DNA of 64,000 bases from an uncultured delta proteobacterium (GTDB lineage Bacteria > Desulfobacterota > Binatia > Bin18), in NCBI GenBank assembly GCA_963733195.1, contig CAVTCR010000060.1, forward strand, positions 64,799 through 128,798, given 5' to 3'. The first letter of the stretch is position 1. Every line of letters begins with the position of its first letter. Shown piece by piece: positions 29,684 through 39,643 of the stretch. Below the pieces are notes generated by a model that was not told where the DNA came from, made no database searches, and saw nothing but the letters and a program-made list of their open reading frames with translations. A program made the position numbers and the translations under genes.

Positions 29684-32205
29684 CCAGGCACCCTCCCCCT
29701 TCTTCATTTCTTTTCTCTGCCTTCCCCTCTCGTTTTCGTCACGGACGATTGTTTTTACTCCTTAGTGCGTGCCTCGGTGGCCAAGGCAGTGCAACCTGGG
29801 GTTGGTTTTCCCTCTCTTCATGGTGGGCAGGTGGGCTTGCCGTGTTGGGGCTTGCTGTGTGGTGGCTCTATGGTCGCTCCGCAGCGTTATTCACTGTTTG
29901 TCTTTTCCTCGTGTTTGCCACTACACATATTTCCCTGCAACGTGTCCTCTCTCCACGTTTCCCTACTGATCATCTTCGCCAGCTCTCTCTACCACAAGAA
30001 GTGACAGTCGAAGGGTGGCTCTTCCGTGAACCCGAACGGTTTCCCCACCGTGGACGACTGTACCTCGAAACACTTCGCTTGTGGAAAGATGGCTCAGCAT
30101 CTCCAGCCACAGGAAAAATTCTCCTCACTGTCCGTTCTCTTTCCGGTTCGTGGCGCTACGGGGATGTGCTACGAGTGCCCCTCAAGCTTCGTGCACCACG
30201 CAATTTCCACACACCCGGAAGCTTTGATTACGAGCGTTATCTTGCCCGTCATGACATTTATCTCACGGCTTTCCTCTGGGAAGATCGAGGAATCGAACAG
30301 ATCGGAACAACACGGAATTCTCTCCAACATCGAATCGAGCACTTGCGTAGAGACCTTGGAACATTTTTCTCTGCCCACCTCGATTCGCAAACAGCCGCAG
30401 TTTTACGGGCTCTCATCCTTGGGGATCAGGGGCTTATCGAGAAAGATCTGCGCCAAGCGTTTGCTCAGGCCGGAGTCACTCATGTCCTATCAATTTCTGG
30501 ACTCCATATCGCATTGGTCGCAGCGACAGCATACGGAGGCTGGTGGTGGTTATTGGGACGCAGTCGCCTGCTGCTTCTCACTTTCACAATGCCGAAGCTT
30601 GCCTCGATATTGACATTCCCTCCGGTCTTATTTTATGCCGCACTTGCTGGCGGGAACGTTGCCACTTGGCGTTCCGTCATTATGGTCTTTGTATATTTAC
30701 TTGCGCGTCTCGTTGATCGTCGAGGGGACATTTATCGCAGCCTCGCGCTTGCGGCCCTTGTCATTTCCTTCATAGAGCCAGGAGCTGTTCTTGATATTTC
30801 CTTTCAGCTTTCATTTGTTTCTGTCTTCAGTATCGCCCTCGGCACAGAGCAACTTTCCTCCTGGTGGGAAAAGTGGAAAACTCATCCATTCTTTCACAAG
30901 TCTGAAGTACGCTCGGACCTTCTCCGTTGGGGAGTAACATATGGAGCGGTATCCGTCTTTGCCCTGCTCGGTACCGCACCACTCACAGCCTTCCATTTTA
31001 ATCAGATCTCCCTTGCTGGACTCATCGCCAATTTGATTGTAGTTCCACTCCTTGGGAGCGCTGCTGTGATCTTCGGCCTTCTTACCGTCGTAGGGTTTTT
31101 TCTCGATTCGCGTATTGCTACCATTTTTCTCACGATTGCAGGGCTCATCACTCACATCGGAAACGAGGTTGTCAAATGGTTCGCGACGCTGCCCTACGCA
31201 GCGTTACATGTCATAACTCCTAATGCAGTCGAACTTCTTTTTCTCTATGCTCTTCTGCTTTGTGGGTTCTGCCGTTCACTTCTTCCGCCTCGAGTTTTCC
31301 GGAGTCTTGTGGCCGTCCTCTTGGTGGGAATTCTCTCTGATGCAGCGCTGTGGATCTCGCAGCGGTATTTTCACCACACACTGCGAGTTTCTTTTCTCGA
31401 TGTCGGTCAGGGAGATGCGGCTATAGTTGAACTGCCCGACGCACGAGTGATGATTATCGACGGTGGTGGGCTCGCTAGTAAAGATTTTGATACTGGGGAG
31501 GCGATCATTGCTCCATTCTTATGGAGTCGGAAAATAGGGCAGGTTGATCTCTTAGTGATGAGCCATCCGCAGCTCGATCATTACGGGGGACTTCTCTACA
31601 TTGCTGAGCATTTTTCGCCCCGTGAGTTATGGTTCAACGGAGAGCAGGCGCAGGGGGAGCGGTTTGCCAAACTTATGGAAGTGGTAAAGCAGAAAGGTAT
31701 CCAGCTCCGCACCCTTTGCCGCGATGCACTACCTCCCGTTCCTCGTAACGTCTCTATCCAAATCCTCCATCCTCCCTGTAACAACACCAGTCTGGATACG
31801 AACAATGCCTCACTTGTGCTGCGCCTCAGCTACGGCACGACTGACATACTCTTTACGGGAGACATAGAAATAGAAGGAGAAACTGCCCTGCTTGCTGCCG
31901 CGACAGCTCTTCCGAGCGAGGTTCTTAAAGTTCCCCATCACGGCAGCCGGACATCCAGTTCACTTGCTTTTGTTCGTGCTACTGCCCCAGCAGTAGCTAT
32001 CGCCTCATTGGGCGCAGACAACCGATTTCGCTTTCCAGCTCAGGAAGTCGTCCAGCGGTATCAGAGCCAAGGGAGTAAGTGGATACGCACAGATCAAGCG
32101 GGAACAGTGACGGTCATTAGCAACGGACACGAGTATCATTTTCTTACTGCTCTTCCACTTTCGTCTTCTGAGGGCGTACCAGAATGGTCTCGCAACAACG
32201 ACTGA
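29680..32205 (+). CDS. comEC: DNA uptake channel ComEC/Rec2 (OB, competence and metallo-beta-lactamase domains)
   Basis: HVLSISGLH, FQLSF, DVGQGD, SHPQLDHYGG, FTGD, KVPHHGS. Confidence 0.95.
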   Translation: MTRHPPPSSFLFSAFPSRFRHGRLFLLLSACLGGQGSATWGWFSLSSWWAGGLAVLGLAVWWLYGRSAALFTVCLFLVFATTHISLQRVLSPRFPTDHLRQLSLPQEVTVEGWLFREPERFPHRGRLYLETLRLWKDGSASPATGKILLTVRSLSGSWRYGDVLRVPLKLRAPRNFHTPGSFDYERYLARHDIYLTAFLWEDRGIEQIGTTRNSLQHRIEHLRRDLGTFFSAHLDSQTAAVLRALILGDQGLIEKDLRQAFAQAGVTHVLSISGLHIALVAATAYGGWWWLLGRSRLLLLTFTMPKLASILTFPPVLFYAALAGGNVATWRSVIMVFVYLLARLVDRRGDIYRSLALAALVISFIEPGAVLDISFQLSFVSVFSIALGTEQLSSWWEKWKTHPFFHKSEVRSDLLRWGVTYGAVSVFALLGTAPLTAFHFNQISLAGLIANLIVVPLLGSAAVIFGLLTVVGFFLDSRIATIFLTIAGLITHIGNEVVKWFATLPYAALHVITPNAVELLFLYALLLCGFCRSLLPPRVFRSLVAVLLVGILSDAALWISQRYFHHTLRVSFLDVGQGDAAIVELPDARVMIIDGGGLASKDFDTGEAIIAPFLWSRKIGQVDLLVMSHPQLDHYGGLLYIAEHFSPRELWFNGEQAQGERFAKLMEVVKQKGIQLRTLCRDALPPVPRNVSIQILHPPCNNTSLDTNNASLVLRLSYGTTDILFTGDIEIEGETALLAAATALPSEVLKVPHHGSRTSSSLAFVRATAPAVAIASLGADNRFRFPAQEVVQRYQSQGSKWIRTDQAGTVTVISNGHEYHFLTALPLSSSEGVPEWSRNND

Positions 32206-32225
32206 GTGGCTTCTGCAGAGAAGTC

Positions 32226-32462
32226 TCACTTCTTTTTCTTCTTCGGTAATAAGCGGGAAGGATCGCTCTGCAAGATAGCTTTGGCCACCTCGGCAGCAGT
32301 AATATGGTAGGTGCCTTGTTGGATTTGCTCGCGAACACGTGTAATCTTTTCTGTTCGCAAGGAACCTCTCGTTGCGTTGAAAGCGGGTTGCAGGTCTTCA
32401 GGATCAACTGGCGAAATCGTAAGAACTGGACCGTTCTCTCTCAGTTTTCCTTCTCGTACCAA
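32226..32462 (-). CDS. flgM: FlgM-like anti-sigma28 factor
   Basis: RTEKITRVREQIQQGTYHITAAEVAKAIL matches the FlgM C-terminal motif; strong SD (GGGGAGG) before TTG; directly downstream of fliA. Confidence 0.8.
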   Translation of the reverse strand: MVREGKLRENGPVLTISPVDPEDLQPAFNATRGSLRTEKITRVREQIQQGTYHITAAEVAKAILQSDPSRLLPKKKKK

Positions 32463-32587
32463 GGTCCCTCCCCTTCAAGGGGTCCACCCCTTGTCTCCGC
32501 CGGGTTGTTCCCGGCGCTGGGTGAGATCATGCCATCAACCGCTTCATAGGGGAAGACCATTTCTGCTTCCCACCCTCTTTACTGAGT

Positions 32588-32614
32588 ATTTCGGCAGCGG
32601 GGTGCGAATCTTTA
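32588..32614 (-). promoter_or_regulatory. Sigma28 (FliA) promoter upstream of flgM
   Basis: TAAAGATT-N11-GCCGAAAT versus consensus TAAAGTTT-N11-GCCGATAA. Confidence 0.8.
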
Positions 32615-32788
32615 GACGTGCAAACTTTTGACCAAAGTCCTCTACTGCCTCAATCTGAAGGTGCAATAAACAAGGAGCAGAAAAACAGACAAGGGTCCCC
32701 CAGCCAGCCGTGTTCTAACAAACATGGCAGTAGCTGAAGGACAAGGCAATAGGCAGTTAGGAGGCAGAGGAAGAACGGACACAAGAAC

Positions 32789-33751
32789 TCAGGCGGCACG
32801 GAGCAGAGTGCCGAGCAGGGCGGGACGTTTTTCTCCAAGCGCGGGTTTCTCTTCTTTTGCCCCAAGCGCGCTTTGTAAGCGAGTGACTGCTTGTGTATGA
32901 ATCTGACAGATGCGGCCTTCCGTTAAGCCGAGGATTTCACCAATCTCTCTGAGAGTGAGCTCTTCGTGATAGTACAACGTCACAACTAGACGCTCTCGCT
33001 CCGGGAGCGTTTCAATCGCAACCGCTAATTTTTCTACCAGCTCTTTTCCTTCAACGGACGCAAAGGGATCTTGAAAAGAGCGCGTACCAAATTCCTCCTG
33101 CGTTTTTCTCCACTCTTCCTCTGAGGCCGGGGTTAAGTCTTCAAGGCTGAGAAGCGTCGCTTCACTCACTTTTTGATCGACACGATAGTATTCAGTCAGG
33201 GGCACGCCAAGCTCTGAGGCCATTTCTTCCGGGGAGGCCTCGCGTCCCAAACGACCAGCAAGACGTGTACGGGCAACCGCCATTTTTCGTCCCCATGCCC
33301 GGACTGATCGGCTTACCCAATCGAGGGAGCGCAAGTATTCCATGATCTCCCCTTGAATGCGATAGCGGGCATACGTCTGGAACGCCACACCGCGCCGCGC
33401 GTCGTAGCGTTGCAGTGCTTCAAGAAGCCCCACAATACCCGAATGAATGAGAGACCCCAGATCAACGCCTGGGGGAAGACGACGGTGGATACGCTCAGCA
33501 ACGAGGCGAACCAGCGGCATGTGAGCTTCGAGCATTTCGTCGCGAGTTTTCTGCTCTAGAGACGGAGCCGTTACGCTGGGTTCTAGTTTTGCGACTGCGG
33601 CAGTTTTACTGTTACCCTTCTCTCGCTGTGAGACTTTCTCTTTGCCCTTAAGCGTTCTACTTGCACGCAATTTCTTGTTTTCCAAGAGTAGGACTTTGCC
33701 TTTGCTGGTAGCGGTTTTTCCGGATTTTGCGGCTACAAGTGCCATCCCCAA
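32789..33751 (-). CDS. fliA: FliA/WhiG family sigma factor with basic N-terminal extension
   Basis: FQTYARYRIQGEIMEYLRSLDWVSRSVR, LYYHEELTLREIGEILGLTEGRICQIH. Confidence 0.92.
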   Translation of the reverse strand: MGMALVAAKSGKTATSKGKVLLLENKKLRASRTLKGKEKVSQREKGNSKTAAVAKLEPSVTAPSLEQKTRDEMLEAHMPLVRLVAERIHRRLPPGVDLGSLIHSGIVGLLEALQRYDARRGVAFQTYARYRIQGEIMEYLRSLDWVSRSVRAWGRKMAVARTRLAGRLGREASPEEMASELGVPLTEYYRVDQKVSEATLLSLEDLTPASEEEWRKTQEEFGTRSFQDPFASVEGKELVEKLAVAIETLPERERLVVTLYYHEELTLREIGEILGLTEGRICQIHTQAVTRLQSALGAKEEKPALGEKRPALLGTLLRAA

Positions 33752-33822
33752 ATACCCCCGTTCTCTGTATAATTTTTCGCTTCAGCTTCCTAACCTAATG
33801 CGAATGAGAGTGAGTCGAATTG

Positions 33823-33838
33823 AGCAAGCAACATGCCA
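33823..33838 (-). promoter_or_regulatory. Sigma54 -24/-12 promoter upstream of fliA
   Basis: TGGCATGTTGCTTGCT versus consensus TGGCAC-N5-TTGCW, about 70 nt upstream of the start. Confidence 0.8.
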
Positions 33839-34705
33839 TTAAACTCTTACTTTAACCTTCCAACGAAGAATGCTGATAGTGAACAATTTTCTCCATCTTT
33901 CTTAGAATATAGAAAAAACGGGCTGGTAAAAAAATAACATAGCCCTTAAGTCTGTGCTTCGAGAAGGCGGAAAAACTCCAAAAAAATCAACCACCTACAT
34001 GGATGGTAAGAAAATACCGGCCTTTGCCAGCGAGACAGCCCCTACTTCTATGTTTCCCTCTCATAACTACAGTCGCTCTTTTATTAGATGGTAAGTGCCA
34101 TTCTACCGATCAGCGGCAGTATCTTTTTCTGCTGTTGCCAGTTCACATTTCCTTGGAATAGAAAGTTCCGCCCTCTCTCCTCACCACAAGATGTTGTATG
34201 AGAAGAGGAAAGAAGGACCGATAGGTAGAATGTTTCTTCGCTGATATACAGTTATGCTAACAAAGTGCCGAATAGAGAAACAGGGCTTTATGAGCGGCAA
34301 GGAGAAGGAGAGGAGAGTGCCAGTTGGTCGCTTGACGATAAATAACAAAAAGTGATTTATCGACTCAGAAACCTCCTTGCACTGTCAATGTTATGTCGTG
34401 GCCCATTTTCTTACAACCATTAGGACCTTGACCTGCTTTTCCAGTTTGTGAAACTTTTTATGAGGAGTACGTTCGTGTCATCATTCTGTGAGGTTATTGT
34501 AACGACTAGTGAATACCCCTATTTTCTTCGGAAAGTCCCGTCACTTTGACTCGCGCGAAACACCTATGGTAGGCTGTTACGATATTCGTGTGGTGAGGTC
34601 ATCGACGGAGAAAGATCAGGGTTTATTCTTGATGACATACCAGAGATCCTCTCTTTCCACGCTCCAGAAATCAGCTCCGTTTCTTCAAACCCCAGTGTCC
34701 TGCAG

Positions 34706-35746
34706 ATGAAAACTGATTCTATGAGTACGCCAGCTATGCTTCCTCCTCCCCTCTTTATTGGTGACCATCCACTCATGCAGAAGATTTATGCTATGGTCCA
34801 CCGGGTCGCGACGACCGACGCAACCGTGCTCATCACTGGCGAGAGTGGGACGGGAAAAGAACTCGTTGCTCGCTCTGTTCACAATCTCGGAGTGCGGGTA
34901 ACACACCCATTCGTTGCCATTAACTGTGCGGCTCTTCCTGAAGAGTTGCTCGAAAGCGAACTCTTCGGCCATGTCCGTGGAGCATTTACTGGGGCGCTTT
35001 CCTCTCGTGTTGGGATGTTTCAACTGGCGGATGGTGGGACCATTTTTCTCGATGAGATCGGCGAGATGCCGGTCAGCCTGCAAGCCAAATTACTCCGAGT
35101 CTTGCAAAGTAAAGAAGTGCGACCTGTTGGTGCAGATCGCGTTACCGCAATCAATGTCCGCGTGATTGCAGCAACCAATAAAGATCTTACCCGAGAAGTT
35201 GAGAAAGGCACCTTTCGCGAAGACCTTTTCTATCGACTCCAAGTGATCCCCATTCACCTTCCTCCGTTGCGGGCTCGTCGATCCGATATTCCGCTATTGG
35301 TTCGCTGTTTCCTAGAGAAAAACAGCCATAAATATGCCAACACCTTGTACATATCAGACGAGGCAATGGTCTATTTATGGGAGTATGACTGGCCCGGAAA
35401 TGTGAGAGAACTGGAAAATCTGGTGGAACGCATGGTCATCCTGAGCGACACAGGACGCCTTGCCCCAGAGGATCTTCCGCCTCATGTCCGCTCTTTTATC
35501 TCAGAGAAAAAACTTCCTCACCCTGATTTCAACGATGGGGAGGTCAATCTCCGTGAAGTCCTTGAACAATTCGAGGGCCGCCTCATTGACGAAGCCCTGC
35601 GACGGACCAATGGCAATAAAACTGCAGCGGCGCAGATGCTTGGCTTGAAACGGACGACATTAGTTGCCAAACTGCGACGTAAGAAAAATGGGACGACGGC
35701 GCTACTTCCTGCTGTGGATGATAGTCGGATTGCCCTTGCGCCATAG
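34706..35746 (+). CDS. Sigma54-dependent enhancer-binding protein (FleQ/FlrA-like) with no N-terminal sensory domain
   Basis: GESGTGKE, GAFTGA, FLDEIG, FREDLFYRL, WPGNVRELEN, Fis-type HTH KRTTLVAKL. Confidence 0.92.
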   Translation: MKTDSMSTPAMLPPPLFIGDHPLMQKIYAMVHRVATTDATVLITGESGTGKELVARSVHNLGVRVTHPFVAINCAALPEELLESELFGHVRGAFTGALSSRVGMFQLADGGTIFLDEIGEMPVSLQAKLLRVLQSKEVRPVGADRVTAINVRVIAATNKDLTREVEKGTFREDLFYRLQVIPIHLPPLRARRSDIPLLVRCFLEKNSHKYANTLYISDEAMVYLWEYDWPGNVRELENLVERMVILSDTGRLAPEDLPPHVRSFISEKKLPHPDFNDGEVNLREVLEQFEGRLIDEALRRTNGNKTAAAQMLGLKRTTLVAKLRRKKNGTTALLPAVDDSRIALAP

Positions 35747-35752
35747 GAGACC

Positions 35753-36220
35753 TTGACGATGAGCATGGATAAAGCACAGCCTTCTTCAGCACCCTCGGCT
35801 ACTGTGCTTGTAGTAGATGACAACAGAGATGCGGTTGATATTATTGCCCGCCTTCTTTCTCAACATGGGCTAACCGCACTTCGAGCATATAGCGGGCAAG
35901 AGTGTCTCGACCTTGTTCGTAGCCGCCCCGTGGATGTGATCGTCCTCGACGTCATGATGCCTGGTATGGACGGCCTCGAAGTATGTCGACATCTAAAGCA
36001 GGCTGCTCCCACCCCGCCTATCATCTTACTCACCGCTAAAGACGACATGGCCACCCGATCTGCTGGCATGTCTCTGGGTGTCAGCGAGTTCGTCGTAAAA
36101 CCAGTCAACAACCGCGACCTGATTGCCAGGATCAAGACCCAGCTCAACACCCGACAGTGGGAACGAGAACTTGATCAGGCTTCCGCTGCGATTGATCTCT
36201 CGAAAAAGTCGGCAAGCTAA
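35753..36220 (+). CDS. Single-domain response regulator receiver
   Basis: VVDDN, LDVMMPGMDG, LTAK, KP. Confidence 0.92.
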   Translation: MTMSMDKAQPSSAPSATVLVVDDNRDAVDIIARLLSQHGLTALRAYSGQECLDLVRSRPVDVIVLDVMMPGMDGLEVCRHLKQAAPTPPIILLTAKDDMATRSAGMSLGVSEFVVKPVNNRDLIARIKTQLNTRQWERELDQASAAIDLSKKSAS

Positions 36221-36359
36221 CCCTCGCTGTGCACGAAGCCGTGAAAAGCCTGACACGCGAGCCAACACAATTTTCCATTCTGGGAACCGGCTAGCGGTTG
36301 GCTTCCTCATTGATTGGTTCTTTCCCCTCTGCCACAATGCCCTCTTTTACGAGGGTGAC

Positions 36360-37631
36360 ATGAAAATTTCCGCAGTCAGAGGGTTCCGAGATATTCTGCC
36401 TGAAGAGAGCGCATTATGGCAGGTACTTGAATCACATGCGCGAACTTCCTTCGCCGCTTACGGATTCTCAGAGATTCTTGTTCCAGTCATTGAAAAGACT
36501 GAGCTATTTGCGCGCGCTATCGGAGAGGCCACAGACATCGTTGAAAAAGAGATGTATACGTTCACCGATCGCGATGAATCCTCCCTTACGCTCAGGCCCG
36601 AGGGAACAGCATCAGTAATTCGCGCGTACATTGAGCACAGTCTCAACCATAAAGAACCAGTGTCTAAGTTGTTCTACATCGGACCAATGTTCCGTCGTGA
36701 GCGTCCACAAAAGGGTCGCTATCGCCAGTTTCACCAGATCGGGGCCGAAATTCTCGGACGCGATGACCCACTCATCGATGCCGAACTGTTACTGATGCTC
36801 AACGACCTCTTCAAAGTTCTACAACTTGATTTTTCAGTGGACGTCAACTCGCTTGGCTGCTCAGTGTGTCGTCCGCGCTTTCGTGAAAGCCTCCAAGCCT
36901 TTGGCGAAAGCAAATTGGCCCAGCTCTGTGGTAATTGTCACAATCGCTTGCACCGCAATCCTCTCCGTATTCTTGATTGCAAAGAACTGGGGTGTCGCCA
37001 AGCGACAGTAGACGCACCAGTGCTCACAGATTTTCTGTGCGATCCGTGTCGACAGCACTTTGCTAAGGTTCAAGCGTATTTACAACAAGAGAATGTCGCA
37101 ATCACCGTTAATCCACGTCTTGTACGAGGGCTGGATTATTATTGTCGAACCTCGTTTGAAATCATTGCTCACGGTCTTGGTTCACAGAATGCTATCTGTG
37201 GTGGCGGTCGCTATGATGGTTTGGTCGAACAACTCGGTGGACCTGCGGTACCTGGTATCGGCTTCGCTATAGGCGTGGAACGACTCGTTATGCTCTTACA
37301 AGCGCAGGGGCGGCACCCTTCAACCGCCCCTGACATGGTCATCGCCCCGTTAGGAGAGGCAGCAGAAGGACAAGCCTTTTCTCTCGCACGGCGGTTGCGA
37401 CAGGAGGGCTACCGAGTCGAACTCGAAGGTGGAGGCCGCGGCCTCAAAGCACAAATGCGCCGGGCGGATAAACTCAATGCTCGCCATGTCCTCATCCTAG
37501 GCGAGAACGAACTGAATGCCGGTAAAGGGACAGTCCGCGATATGCAGACGAAAGTGGATCGTCCTATGGCCGTCGATCTCACGCTCCCCGCGCAAGCGAT
37601 GATCAACGTAATTCGTAACGTTAACAATTAG
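36360..37631 (+). CDS. hisS: Histidine--tRNA ligase
   Basis: VRGFRD, LRPEGTAS, FRRERPQKGRYRQF, LVRGLDYY, GGGRYDGL. Confidence 0.97.
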   Translation: MKISAVRGFRDILPEESALWQVLESHARTSFAAYGFSEILVPVIEKTELFARAIGEATDIVEKEMYTFTDRDESSLTLRPEGTASVIRAYIEHSLNHKEPVSKLFYIGPMFRRERPQKGRYRQFHQIGAEILGRDDPLIDAELLLMLNDLFKVLQLDFSVDVNSLGCSVCRPRFRESLQAFGESKLAQLCGNCHNRLHRNPLRILDCKELGCRQATVDAPVLTDFLCDPCRQHFAKVQAYLQQENVAITVNPRLVRGLDYYCRTSFEIIAHGLGSQNAICGGGRYDGLVEQLGGPAVPGIGFAIGVERLVMLLQAQGRHPSTAPDMVIAPLGEAAEGQAFSLARRLRQEGYRVELEGGGRGLKAQMRRADKLNARHVLILGENELNAGKGTVRDMQTKVDRPMAVDLTLPAQAMINVIRNVNN

Positions 37632-37740
37632 CTATCAGCCCAGCTGTCAGCTCGAGCGCTCGGTGCAAAAGGGTCGACTCGAGGATGAAAGCAAATCTTT
37701 TGAGGCTGATTACTAATACTGAAAGCTGAGGACTGTTTCT

Positions 37741-39513
37741 GTGGAATCGTTAGGAAGTTGGCAACGAAGCTATTACTGTGGAGAACCTCGTCCTGCTCAC
37801 ATCGGGCAGGAACTTATTGTGATGGGGTGGGTACACGCACGACGAGATCATGGTGGGGTGACGTTTATCGATCTGCGTGATCGCTCCGGACTCGTTCAGG
37901 TTGTGTGTAATCCGCAAGTCAGTGCGGCTGCGCACGAAACTGCCAAAGACGTGCGTACAGAATATGTACTTGCCGTTCGCGGTCGACTTTCCCAACGCCC
38001 AGCGGACACAACAAATCCAAATTTGCCGACAGGGGCGGTGGAACTCATGGCAGACGAACTCCGAGTTCTCAACACCGCACGAACCACGCCGTTCCCGGTT
38101 GAAGACGAAACCGATCCAACAGAAAATACCCGCCTGCGTCACCGTTACCTTGACCTGCGCCGACCGAAGATGTTCGGCAACTTATACCTTCGCCATCGGC
38201 TGGCAAAAATCGTGCGCGATTACCTTGACGGCCAAGGCTTCCTGGAAGTCGAAACACCATTCCTCACTCGCAGTACACCTGAAGGCGCGCGCGATTACCT
38301 CGTGCCGAGTCGTGTCAACCCAGGGGCGTTCTATGCCCTTCCACAATCACCTCAGCTCTTTAAGCAACTGCTGATGGTCGCTGGCTTCGATAAGTATTTC
38401 CAGATTGTTCGCTGTTTTCGGGATGAAGATCTACGTGCTGATCGTCAGCCAGAGTTCACGCAAATAGATGTTGAGATGTCTTTCGTGCAACCGGCAGATA
38501 TTTTTCGCCTCACCGAAGGAATGATTGAGAGAGTGTGTCGTGAAACCAAGGGAATTGAAGTGCCGACGCCGTTTCCACGCATGTCGTACACTGAGGCGAT
38601 GTCCCGCTATGGTAATGATAAGCCTGACATTCGTTTCGGTTTAGAACTCCAAGACGTGACCGAACTGTTCGGAGCGACCGATATCCAAGTCTTCAAAGAG
38701 GTTATCGCTAAAGGTGGTATTATTCGTGGCATCGTTGTTCCCAATGCGCCGTTTTCTCGCAAAGAAATTGACGATTTGCTGCCACTTGCAGTTAGCTTTG
38801 GTGCAAAGGGACTCGCGTGGTTCCGGATCACAGAAGCCGGTTGGCAATCGCCGTTGGCAAAGAATGTCAGTGAGGAGCAAAAAGGCAAAATCACCACAAC
38901 TCTTAGCTTAAAGACCGGCGACCTCGTGCTCTTGATTGCGGATAAAGAGACAACTGTCTGTGACGTTCTTTCTCGTCTGCGTTTATCACTGGGTGAAAAG
39001 CTCAAACTCATTCCCAAAGACACATTCAGTTTTCTGTGGGTAACAGACTTTCCGCTACTTGAGTATGACGCAGAAGCAAAACGTTACGTGGCCATGCATC
39101 ACCCCTTCACTTCTCCACGAGAGGAAGATATCGCACTCTTGGAATCTAACCCAGGGCAGACACGAGCATTGGCGTACGATCTTGTCCTGAACGGGGTCGA
39201 GCTTGGCGGCGGCAGCATTCGTAACCACCGCACTGAGGTACAACAGAAAGTGTTTGCCGCACTTGGTATTGGTGAGAGCGAAGCGCAAGAGAAATTCGGG
39301 TTTCTCATGGAAGCGCTTTCCTACGGCGCGCCCCCACATGGAGGCATCGCCTTTGGCTTCGACCGTATGGCGATGTTGTTCGCTGGAGCTGATTCACTGC
39401 GAGAGGTAATCGCGTTCCCTAAGACAGCCAAAGCTGTATGCCTGATGACCCAAGCTCCAAGCACGGTTGATGCAAAGCAACTCCGGGAGCTGAGTATTAA
39501 GGTCGACCTCTAA
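37741..39513 (+). CDS. aspS: Aspartate--tRNA(Asp/Asn) ligase
   Basis: RRDHGG (His of the non-discriminating type), TPEGARDYLVPSR, FRDEDLRADRQPEF, GAPPHGG. Confidence 0.97.
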   Translation: MESLGSWQRSYYCGEPRPAHIGQELIVMGWVHARRDHGGVTFIDLRDRSGLVQVVCNPQVSAAAHETAKDVRTEYVLAVRGRLSQRPADTTNPNLPTGAVELMADELRVLNTARTTPFPVEDETDPTENTRLRHRYLDLRRPKMFGNLYLRHRLAKIVRDYLDGQGFLEVETPFLTRSTPEGARDYLVPSRVNPGAFYALPQSPQLFKQLLMVAGFDKYFQIVRCFRDEDLRADRQPEFTQIDVEMSFVQPADIFRLTEGMIERVCRETKGIEVPTPFPRMSYTEAMSRYGNDKPDIRFGLELQDVTELFGATDIQVFKEVIAKGGIIRGIVVPNAPFSRKEIDDLLPLAVSFGAKGLAWFRITEAGWQSPLAKNVSEEQKGKITTTLSLKTGDLVLLIADKETTVCDVLSRLRLSLGEKLKLIPKDTFSFLWVTDFPLLEYDAEAKRYVAMHHPFTSPREEDIALLESNPGQTRALAYDLVLNGVELGGGSIRNHRTEVQQKVFAALGIGESEAQEKFGFLMEALSYGAPPHGGIAFGFDRMAMLFAGADSLREVIAFPKTAKAVCLMTQAPSTVDAKQLRELSIKVDL

Positions 39514-39517
39514 AAAG

Positions 39518-39643
39518 GTCTAGGGCCTAGGTCTAGAGTCTTTGAGTCCAGGGAGTCTTTACGTCTGGAGGCAAGAGAATACTGACGTTTACCTTCCAGA
39601 CTCCGAGACTCTCAGACTCCCAGACCCTTGGACTCTGGACTCT
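39518..39643. repeat. Inverted pair of degenerate 7/8-nt tandem arrays (GTCTAG/GAGTC versus GACTC/CAGAC units)
   Basis: GTCTAGG GCCTAGG TCTAGAG TCTTTGA GTCCAGG ... CCAGACT CCGAGAC TCTCAGA CTCCCAG ACCCTTG GACTCTG GACTCT. Confidence 0.65.

Noticed and set aside
34509-34709. 66-aa ORF overlapping the activator start as its missing sensory domain
   Set aside because: No receiver, PAS or GAF features and no clear SD
39518-39643. Short repeats as a CRISPR array
   Set aside because: Units are 7-8 nt, degenerate and without spacers; no cas genes in the window
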